The position numbers and the translations under genes are program-made. Shown one piece after another: positions 1 to 9,455 of a DNA stretch of 64,000 nt. The stretch lies in assembly GCA_002269645.1 (NCBI GenBank), contig NIVC01000493.1, positions 372,001-436,000 on the forward strand, given 5' to 3'. A model generated the notes under the pieces. It made no database searches. It saw only the letters and a list, made by a program, of their open reading frames with translations, and was not told the DNA's origin. Position 1 is the first letter of the stretch, and each line of letters starts with the position of its first letter. The stretch is from Macrostomum lignano. Its lineage: Eukaryota.

Positions 1-1385
1 AGGCTGGTGTGATTTCAATTCTTGCACTGATTTTTTAAACAAAAATTCTCGAATCGGCATTGTACCATGACCTTTGTGCCCGCTGGGCACTTATTCTTGC
101 CTTTTTATGCCATAGACTACATTTAAGCCCGCTTGCAGGAGTCACACTTACTTTAATGCAAATTAGCGGGCAGTTAATATCATTAACTAATTTTGTCCCA
201 CTTTGTCAAGGACACAAATGTCTATGGCACAATGATAACGGCGCCCTCTGATTTTCCCATTAACGCCCTTAAAGCATGGGTATTAATGTACTATTCTGTG
301 TATATTCTGTGCTCTATACTAGGCGACCTCAATACTCTTTGAGCTACACAGATTATTGTTTACGTGGGGCAGCTCTGCCTTCAGACCACAGACTTCCTTG
401 ACCCAGCCAAGGAGTTCTACAACCAGCAACCTGGTGTGGAAACGAGTTTTTCAGTTTTGCCTCATTAGGCCAGACTAGCATAGACAGAGTCAGACAGAGC
501 CATAGACATTCAGTGCTGGCTCCTTATCTTTACAATTGGCATGGCCTCATGAGGTAAAGCTCGCTTCCACTCCAGGTTGCTAATTATAGAACTCCTTGAC
601 CCAGCTGTATGGATTTTCCAGTTTTTTCCATAGACATTTTCACGTTCCGACGCTTACTCTCCTCGAGGTTTTGGCTCGTTTCAACCAAGGAGCTCTATAA
701 TTAGCACCTTGCTAATTAGCACCTTGCTAATTATAGAACTCCTTGGTTTTAACCCTCTGCAGCCTGTCAATATTGCTCTATAACGTATTGATGCCTTATG
801 ATCAGTTTGACTGAGATATTTCAAAGTCCTTAAAATTGCCTTATTTCAATTCATGTATCAAAACCAATTAAAATTAATTAAAAATAATTTCAATAGTTTG
901 TAATTACTCAGATACAAAGCCTCATAAGTTATTTACTTATAGTTTGATTTTAATTTTTATCAAATTAAAAAAGTCCACAAAGTTTCAACCGATTGAAATT
1001 TGGAATGCTTGCCTTAAAGGCGTGATTTTTTTTCATTTTTAATGCAAAAACTTAGACGCGCAAATATAACCACTTGTGATTTGGGTGGCGCTGTTGGCCG
1101 CTAGATATATTTGCTGAATAAGTAGCTTCTTGTGGGAGCTTAACAGTCAAAGCCATTGGCTATGCGTTTGCAGACCACTGCGGCATGAGTTGGTTGGGAT
1201 CAACTCATAGGGTAGGGGTTGCTCATCAATGGTTTTAGTTTTAAGCAGGTTCGCGGCCCAGGTCCTTATTTCGCGTCGTAGGGCATGGTATAGTAGCAGA
1301 ACTTCTTGGCCCAACTGGAAATCGGTTGCAGTTGCGATGAGATTACACTTATGCTTAATGAAGCGCAGTGCTACGCAGTGTGAAC

Positions 1386-1952
1386 TTACGTTGGCGCAGT
1401 GCAGCAGTACCTCTGCAGCATACAGTAGTTGCAGTGCCGGTAGCAGCAGGCATCCAGCACAGCACTCTCGGCTGAAATCAATTTTAATAAGGAACAAAAA
1501 TAAATCTATTTAGTCAGACGAACTCTGTACACAGCATCAAGCAGTTGCTGCGTCACGAGCTCACCAACTACACTGTTGCGCTCACCAGGGTGCATTGTGC
1601 TCCAAGGCAGTGAGCCGCCGCCCGTCTGTCTGTCGTCCGGCAGCACCTGCAGTTTGGAGAAATCGACGTCCCGCTTGGATGGAGCTTCGCCGGAAGCTTT
1701 TTTGCACGCCGCGTTGCTGGAGTTGTACAGGCCCACCTCTTTGCACAGCACCATGATGGTGCTGAGCAGTCTGCGCAAGTTGCAGGACCGGATGCGCTTG
1801 TGCGCGTACTCGTTCAGCCGGTTGGCCTCCTCCAGAGTCATCTTTGATGAAGCTGAAGCCATTGGCAGCAGCAGCAAAGGCAGCAGCAGCAGGGGCATTA
1901 GGAGAAGCGGCATGCACCCTGCAGACAGGTGAGGCATTGATAAATTAGACAT
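1386..1952 (-). CDS. Insulin-like peptide precursor 1 (2 coding exons: 1952-1565, or 1952-1586 with the alternative donor; 1471-1386), about 157 or 150 aa
   Basis: Hydrophobic signal peptide (MPLLLMPLLLLPLLLLPMASA); B-chain-like HKR-IRSCNLRRLLSTIMVLCKEVGLYN; dibasic KR at APSKR. Phase-1 GTGAGC donors at 1585 and 1564, TTTCAG acceptor ending at 1472. Exon 2 translates AESAVLDACCYRHCNYCMLQRYCCTAPT-stop, containing the insulin A-chain motif CC-x3-C-x8-C. Confidence 0.88.
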
Positions 1953-2189
1953 AGGAAGTGGCTGAGCGAGAGACTGTTAGACTTACTCGAAGACCTTCCG
2001 CCGAAAAGCGCGGCTCCGCTAGCCATTGAAGCTACAGGTAGTGCTAGCTGCCTTCAAAAAAGAGCAGGTAAAGGAAACGCCCACACAGTTTAGACGGGAA
2101 AACTATAAGTGCACTCCTGAAAGACGCCTTTTTTAGTCGAGCCTTGGACGAGTGGCAGATAAATCAGTTTTGAGGGCCGGGAGTAGCAG

Positions 2190-2310
2190 CAATTTATTGG
2201 CTTCAGTGGCCAATCAGTGCGCGCTGATGCAGCTGCATAAGCCAATGATTGAAATTCTGCTCGACTCGGTTTGATTGGCGCGGAAACAGGAAGACGCCAG
2301 GTGGGCGGTC
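2190..2310 (-). promoter_or_regulatory. CCAAT-box cluster plus GC box upstream of ILP1
   Basis: ATTGG at 2196 and 2274, CCAAT at 2210 and 2242, GGGCGG at 2303, all 240-360 bp upstream of the ILP1 ATG. Confidence 0.4.
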
Positions 2311-2984
2311 AGCAAATATTGCATCGAAGGGGCGAGGCTTGAAATCTGGGAATCCAACTTTCAGGAAATCCGATTTCTAAGCAAAGAAGTATTTATAAGG
2401 GAAAGCATACTTGCACGTGTAGGGTAGCTACTTTTGAAGAATAGATATATAATACTGACTAATTACGTGTGTGAGGGCGGTTCTGCCGAACGTAATGTGC
2501 ATGCGTGGGCATGCTCAGGGATCAGTGGAAGGGCTTGATTTGCCGTAGTGACCAAAGCTCCCTAAGAACTAACTAACAGGAAAGTTCAGTTCATTAGTTC
2601 AAACAACGGAGGCTTCAAGTTGAAGACACTCAGACTCAAACCAAGTTGAGCATACGCACATGTACAAAAACACCATGATTCACTTCAAGGTTATAAAAGT
2701 GGAGTCACAGGGCGCACCCCAGCGCTCGGGTTTGAACATAAGCAGCGCTGCCGAATAACGACAGATTCCTGCCCTGGCCTATGGTACGATGCCTGTAGGA
2801 CTCGTTCAAATGACGTTACACGTCTTTTGGACGGGCCATGCCGGCGCGGCGATAAAGTAGGCTATGTTTGTGACTCAATCGTCGCCCATTCTGTAAAGCA
2901 ACAAAGTAACGACAGACGATTGTCGACTTGCAACTTGCAAATCTGTCAAAGCCCAAGTTTTGGGCGCTGTAGACTTAACCACTC

Positions 2985-3400
2985 AAGTAACAACTACAGC
3001 CTGGTTTGGTAGGGCCTCCGACTGCAGGACCGCCATCAAAGAACGAAAGGCAGCTAAATCAAGCCAGCAGCAATGCTGCAGATCCGTAGGCCACTTGTGC
3101 CACAATGGGGCCGGAACAGCAGCATCCGGTTGACAGCTTCGCAGCTCAGCACTGAAGGCAGATGCTCCACTTTCTTTAAGTCCTGTGGTGCCCGGCTTCT
3201 TAAGAATTGCGACGATGTGTGCCGTGGTCATTTCGTTGGGTGCCTCCTCTCACCGACGAGCACGCGCGGTTCATCACTCTGGTGACCTCAATACCCAGAG
3301 TGGATGGGCAATGCCTGTAGCAGGCACAGCTACAAACAGATGCAACTGTGTTTGGATAGGCTATTTTTTGCCTTTGAGAAAAGACGTTACTGTTCGACAC
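2985..3400 (-). mobile_element. Degenerate LINE (CR1/L2-like) reverse transcriptase C-terminal / 3-prime fragment
   Basis: Minus-strand frames give VTRVMNRAC...HRRN and LWHKWPTDLQ...LAAFRS, resembling the LDRVQxRA, HRRxVA and WNxLP...FK motifs of LINE ORF2 C-termini; frameshifted. Confidence 0.45.
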
Positions 3401-4764
3401 TGAATTGCGTTCAATTTAAGAATTAATGAGACTTATGAGCTAATTAAAAAGAATTCAATCGGATTAAATCGTTTTTAATTTTATTGAATGAGGCCTTCTA
3501 ATTAATTTTTTAAGCCCTTTGTAAAATGGTACAAAGAATTTTAACGAAGCTGCTCATTTCAAAATGGCGCGGATCAAATCAAGGCCCTAGGAAATGATTG
3601 CACGACTTAAGCGGATTTTAAGACGCCTGTGAAACAGTTTTAATGATCCAACGCGAGTTATCCTTACCAATTGACGTGCCGTGCCTCGGGAGGCTGGACC
3701 TAATGGACGACAGACGAGTAAGTACACTCAGATATGCGACTTCCAGGAGAGCCATCCAAACACGCATATTTGAAATCATCTGTAAACCAACTTCCGTGAA
3801 CCCAATTTCAAAGGGTTAGAAACTGTGTTAGTTTATCCCCGAAGCAAAACAAATTAATGAAATGGACAACCTATCGGCTTAAACTCAAGGACCTCTAGAA
3901 GTTACAGCTGTAATTAGGTTGTAATTACGGTTGAAGGCCCGATGTTTTTTTTAACTTTTTAAACTGCTAGAAGCGGGAAAAACTTGAAGTACAGTGTGTT
4001 CTCCCTAAATGAGTTTTTGGATATTGTATTGCATCGAATGACGTTTTACCATAGACAATCTCGGGATAAGAAAAATCCCCAATTAGAAAAAATTCATTGC
4101 GGAGGCCAGGAAGAACGGGGATTTTGCTAAGTTTTCAGCGTTTGTTCGGACTCTTGGAGCAGTTTTTCTGAATTTAAGCCATTGTCCATAAAACTCGAGT
4201 AACGTTCAACCGTAACTTTAAATGATGCCTGTCTTCAAGCGTACGCTGCTAGTTTCTGATGCTCCAGTCGTTAGTACGACATAAGTATGCCTTAAGCTGT
4301 TACAAGTTGCAAATTGTCGATGTGTTCTATCGTCAGCATTGAATATTGGAAATATGCAGTAAAACACACTACTATTCGCTCTAAAAAAAAAAAAAAAAAA
4401 ACACTGTTAAATTGCCTTTTGAGTTCAGAATTAGGAGCAAGCGAAGTTTTCTGGGACCTGAGTCCCCGACTTCAGGTTTATTTGTAAATTTTCACCGGCA
4501 GTTGAGTTTGAAATGAGCAACTGTGAGCACTACAAATATGCACGGTTCAACCCAAGCATATCTGGGCTCAATACTTGTTAAACAAAGTAAGGTCAGAAAT
4601 TGCCATTCGTAATCATTCGTGAATCCACTGTTGTCCAGCGACCTCCGAGAAGGCTTAACACCAGTTTTCAACCCAGCTGGAATAGTGTCAGGGAGGGGAA
4701 AATGTGATGAAAAACCGGTGAAGTCGCGAGTTCCAGTTGTTACCAAACACGAACAGCATTTGTC

Positions 4765-5310
4765 TTACGCCGGCTGCGATTTGCAGAACCTTTGAAGCTC
4801 GCAAAGTGAACAGCCCGTCTCGTTTTTGCAGCATCTCTGTAGAACTGGTTTCAGGATCTCTGCAACAAGGTTGCGCAATGTACGTCTCAGTTTTGATTAC
4901 AGTTAGAAATTTGAACAGCGCAATGCATACTAAAATGGAATATAAAACCCACCGGCAATATCGGAGCTGCGCCGCCGTCTGGCGAGAAACCGCAGCTGCA
5001 CACTGGTGTTCAGGCCGACGCCAGCGCAGGCGGTCCCGAGCACTTCGAACAGCTTCCTGGCGTTGCAAGTTCTGAACTTCTCCTTGGGTAGAAACACTTT
5101 ACCATTGATGCCGATCTTTGGCGGATTGGCTTGGCTATTCGAGCAACTGCACAGCAACAGAAGCGTCAGAACGAGCAGGGCTGCAACGAGTTTGTTGTGG
5201 TGTTGATAGTGAGTTCACATTTTCATCGAAAAATATAAAGAATGAACAACGACCTGCGACATGAAGCATTCGCTCTCACCTGCACTCAGAATTCCAGCGG
5301 AGACGGCCAT
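4765..5310 (-). CDS. Insulin-like peptide precursor 2 (3 coding exons: 5310-5280, 5180-4953, 4859-4765), 117 aa
   Basis: Spliced product: MAVSAGILSAALLVLTLLLLCSCSNSQA-NPPKIGINGKVFLPKEKFRTCNARKLFEVLGTACAGVGLNTSVQLRFLARRRR-SSDIAEILKPVLQRCCKNETGCSLCELQRFCKSQPA-stop. Introns are CAG|GTGAGA...TTGCAG (99 nt) and CCG|GTGGGT...TTGCAG (93 nt), both phase 1, and the frame is preserved. B and A motifs align with ILP1. Confidence 0.9.
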
Positions 5311-5416
5311 TATCACAATCCGAATAATGACTCCAGCGGAAGAGATTGACGAGGCTGCCTGGTCCAAGAATCGAGCGCTGTTCCAGGCTGGAAGTTCCGA
5401 TCAGAGACTTTAGCAA

Positions 5417-5440
5417 CTTTTATAGACATCTACAGCCAAT
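5417..5440 (-). promoter_or_regulatory. TATA box (TATAAAAG on minus) and CCAAT box upstream of ILP2
   Basis: Plus-strand CTTTTATA at 5417-5424 and CCAAT at 5436-5440, 107-130 bp upstream of the ATG. Confidence 0.5.
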
Positions 5441-5664
5441 CGGATGGGCCCAAACGCCTTGAAGTTGGGGATTATCGCTGCGGTCAATTAGCTTTAACGG
5501 TTCGATTGGTGCATCCGGGAGCCGGGAGCCGGAATTCGAAGTGGGGAATCTCTGTAATTTCTTTTTCAAAATTAGGCAGACAAACTTATTTAACTTAGCT
5601 TTGAGCATTGTCTGAAAGCAATTCAGTATTTTTTTCATTTTTTCGGTAACGATTCAAACTTTAA

Positions 5665-5790
5665 GTTGGTCACATAATCATTGAAACTGGGGAGTTGGTC
5701 ACATAATCATTGAAACTGGGGAGTTGGTCACATAATCATTAAAACTGGGGAGTTGGTCACATAATCATTGAAACTGAGGAGTTGGTCACT
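5665..5790. repeat. 29-bp tandem repeat x4 (GTTGGTCACATAATCATTGAAACTGGGGA)
   Basis: Units start at 5665, 5694, 5723 and 5752. Confidence 0.9.
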
Positions 5791-6359
5791 TTTTTAAACT
5801 AATTCGTACATGTAAATAGTTATTGGTATCCTGAGAGCGCAGGAGCAGGCCGTGCTGCAACAACTGCATCAGCTACCTGGAACTTAGAACCGTTGCCAAA
5901 GATAAAGGAAAAAGTGTCTGGTAATTCAGGATGTAAAATGACTTAACAGTCCAGGTTTTGCTCATTGTTACCAAATTTCCCGTTTTTGAACAAAATGCTG
6001 AACAGGAGCGCTCTCAGACCAAGTACTTTTGTGCTGGACGGCGTGTGCCTGGCGTTTTTTGATTGTGCACTTCGTCATACAAAATGGGCTGGAGTTTGCA
6101 TTGGCACCCTCAGTAGTTACCAGACACGGACGCAGGCAATCGGTGTAGCGCCGAGTGCGTGCCTGACTTCGCCAGTAGGGTGCCTGCAGCGTCAGCAGTG
6201 GCACATCTTGAACCGGCTAGAGGCAGTACAACTCGGCGCAGACAATTTGGAGTGCCGAAAGCTTCGACTTGCTGTTCGAGCGAGTCTGTCAGCGCTCAGG
6301 TCTCAGCGTTGTACTAGTACAGCAAGAGGTCTCACCGTCCAACGCATCAACTCCGTTCC

Positions 6360-6600
6360 TGCGGCGGTCTGGTAGGGTCTCAGACTGCAGGACCGCCCCA
6401 CAAAACTGCAGCCTTCAACTCAGCGTGCAGAACGGTAACTGCTGGCACAGCTGTTCTGAAATCAGCTGCAGTGAGTCTCTCCAGAGCATTTGTTCAGTTG
6501 AAAGATGACTCTCCACAGAGGAATTCAAGAGGAGCTCCTGTGGTTCCGCATCGCCAGCTCTTCATCATTGTTGTGGACTATGTGGTTTGGTAATGGGAGT
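6360..6600 (-). mobile_element. Probable degenerate LINE 3-prime fragment
   Basis: Shares the 28-nt block GGCGGTCCTGCAGTCxGAGxCCCTACCA with the 2985-3400 fragment; upstream frame NALERLTAADFRTAV resembles a LINE ORF2 terminus. Confidence 0.35.
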
Positions 6601-6845
6601 GGCTAAATTCTGGTCCCACATCATGTCGCGCAAATATTACTACAACTACAAGTTAGACTGCCCACGGTTCTCAAAATCTCGTACATCTTCCGCCCCAACT
6701 AAATTGTTTTACGAGCGTAAAGTCGACACGGCGACACATACAGAAAATAATAATCAAGATGTGACAACCCTAATGCTCCGGCAAAAAAACTGGTTCGCTG
6801 GGAGCACATGACAATTAAGCTGCTTCGTGAGTAGCGGCAGCTATA

Positions 6846-6965
6846 GGGGGGCCGTAGCCTAGTGGTTATTATAAGCACGGCGCTCTGATGTGCCAGCGGT
6901 CCAGGCTTGATTCCAAGTGCAGTCACATTAACTTGGGTCTAAATTGGAATCTCGCCTTGGCTCTG
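6846..6965 (+). mobile_element. tRNA-derived SINE, family 2, copy 1
   Basis: GGGGCCGTAGCCTAGTGG (A box) ... GGCTTGATTCC (B box) followed by AAGTGCAGTCACATT...AATTGGAATCTCG; near-identical copy at 50739. Confidence 0.65.
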
Positions 6966-7699
6966 TGCGCCAGGTTGCACACAGTTTGTCTCTAATAAAG
7001 CATCTGTACAATAGACTGTTGGCTAAATACCAGCTCAATACTGAGGTGCTTAGAAGAGAAGTTTTTATCACGCTTCCTAAGTACTCGGGTCACGAGTTCG
7101 AGCACGCCATGGATCACCAGCATATCAAATCTTTAACTAAGGCAATGAAAACCAGTCGATAAATTTTTCTGCATCAATCAAAGCGATGAACAGTCTATTC
7201 AAGTTAGAAATGAGAGACTGACAACTTCTACTCAAAAGTCCAAAAAAGGATTTTAGCTATTTCAGAACAGCATCAGCAGAAATTGTACTTTGCAAGAGAG
7301 ATTTAAAAAGACTGGCTGACAGGTTGGATGGACCTGCATTTGATGGGTCTGATATGGCGGGCTACGCTCGGGAGGGCACCAGCCATGGCGTGCGTCACGA
7401 AGAGATTAGATGATGGCCCGCGGGTTGAGCAGCTATCTCCGCCTGCTCGAGTACTTTTTCCGAACTATTTAACTTTCACCTATAATGATCATTGGGGCCC
7501 GCGCAGATTATGCATGAGAGCTATTTGCTAAATTTCGCCTTTTCACTCCTTGTTCTCATTTTCAGGTATAAAAATATGTTCAGGTGTTTGCTTTGAGCAC
7601 AATTTTGGCCCCGACTAGCGTCCAGTTTTAGCGCGTGATAACCGTGTACGAACGCAGATGCAGAGCCGTATCTGCAGCTCAAATGGCTAAAGGAAAATT

Positions 7700-8250
7700 G
7701 GCGGCGCAATGGCCAATTATGCGGGCGCACAAAGAAGCCCTCGACGCCAGGAAAGCCGGCATCAAAGGCGGCAAAGAAGATAGTTGGAGATTGCTTGAAA
7801 GGGAATGCTAGAAGACATAATCGGACCGCTATGCTTGTATAGCTGAGCTGCGAGTGAGACGCAGATGGGCTCAGCCATATTTGACCACTTTTGGGGGCAC
7901 AGAATGCCGTCTTCTTTTGGAGAAAATTTCAGAAATAACTGCCGAGCAATCAGGCACGAGGTGTGTGCACCGGCACTATCATGATCTGCGCAGAGGCGGC
8001 TCAGGTGGCCCCAGGAGCATCGCATTTATGCCGCGGTTCTTTGAGACTGCTCAAAGGCCTATTGTGATGCCGATCGTGATTTCGCCATCCGGCTGACGTT
8101 ATAGAAATTTTAGCGCAGCCGTGCCACCCACATGATGAATCTGGCGATGATTTGGCTACGAGGACTGAACAAATCATCAATAGCGATTTCGTACGAAATT
8201 GGCCTGAAATATCTTTCCCGCTCACAAAACGTCGTTCAGACATCAAAAAA
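7700..8250 (-). mobile_element. Degenerate LINE reverse transcriptase fragment
   Basis: Broken minus-strand frames GEITIGITIG and WGHLSRLCADHDSAG resemble the ILGV/T.D and LGxLxR segments of CR1/L2 RT C-termini; stops and frameshifts throughout. Confidence 0.35.
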
Positions 8251-9455
8251 TACAGCGCCAAAGCAATTTTGCAGCGCAATCAAAAACAGCTTCGAACAAT
8301 GGCAAAGTGGTAAACACGTGGTCTGACTCTCTGGTAAGTGGTAAACACGTGAGATTAACCCTCTAATGGGTCTACAATAACACTGGCTGCCAGCAGTCTT
8401 ACAACACTAACCAGCTTTGCCACGCAGCAGTCAAACAGCTGGCAGGGAATTTATCGAAAGGCAATTTTCTGGAAGTCAATTTTATGCAAGATTTGCGGAA
8501 GTGCATTGTCACCCAATCTCACTGTTGATTGACACAAGCTGGTATTGCACGTTTTCCTTTTGAATCGAACCAGGAATCGCGAGTCGTGACGCAAAGATCA
8601 CAACGGGGCCTGAGCTACTCTGGAGCATCCGTTAGGAATGTCGATACTTCTGTTGCAGAAGCTATAGTGCTTATCCGACTCAAGCAGCTTTAATCAAGAA
8701 ATAAGAAATAATCAAGTAGGCAATGAGAAAACATGACATAAGGGAATTAGTGCTGCACAACACAACCAGGAGTGTCACAAGCGGGCACGATGTGTATCAT
8801 ATTAAGTAAATATTCTCATTATGGCTCAAAATTTGCACATAGCGAGCGGTTTGCGCACTTTCAAATGACACGCACTAGAAAGCAAAAGTTAGAAATAAAC
8901 AATAGAATTAGAGAAGACAGCAAGAAAAAAAGACAAATAGAATATTAGAACACTGGCGAACTGATGGAAATATTAAAGCAAATTAATCAAATCATTTGAA
9001 CTCTACAAACCAGCCCTAAACTGATTGAAAATAGGATGAAGCAGAAACTTTAACCGCCTAGTGATGAGTCGACAGTGTCCAGCAAAAGTTTTTTAACACA
9101 AACAAAGAAAAATTTGACTAAAAGGGAATTTTATTTCATGCAGGGAGAAAAGAAGAGCCTTCATGTTTATGAACGATTTAATTATGTGTTCAAGATCAAC
9201 TCTTGAAAGTAAATATTTGCATGGACTAGGTACGCCTAGGTGTAGAAGCAGAATCTGATGCAGTCCTTTGCACCCGACAGACAGAGCAATGGCCGACTTA
9301 AGAGTGAAATTATTATATAATGGACACCTTCACGCGTGACACAGCACAAGGAATTGCTTATTAAGATAACCAGCAGGATTCAGCTAAGCTAGAAGTGAAC
9401 TTTCTGAACAAAAACAAGCACAAAAGTCCTATTGGAAAAGCCTTCAAAGCCCGCC

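Noticed and set aside
1147-1497. 116-aa ORF with ECCAGC taken as the ILP1 A-chain
   Set aside because: Wrong frame. The phase-1 junction selects the DACCYRHC frame, which has the proper CC-x3-C-x8-C spacing.
3073-3285. Plus-strand KSCGARLLKNCDDVC, which looks like a canonical insulin B-chain (C-x11-C) between the two ILP genes
   Set aside because: No signal peptide and no A-chain motif downstream in any frame; the opposite strand reads as a decayed LINE fragment.
5161-5230. In-frame ATG-TGA upstream of the ILP2 signal peptide, suggesting readthrough or pseudogenisation
   Set aside because: It lies inside a 99-nt GT-AG intron; splicing restores a clean signal peptide.
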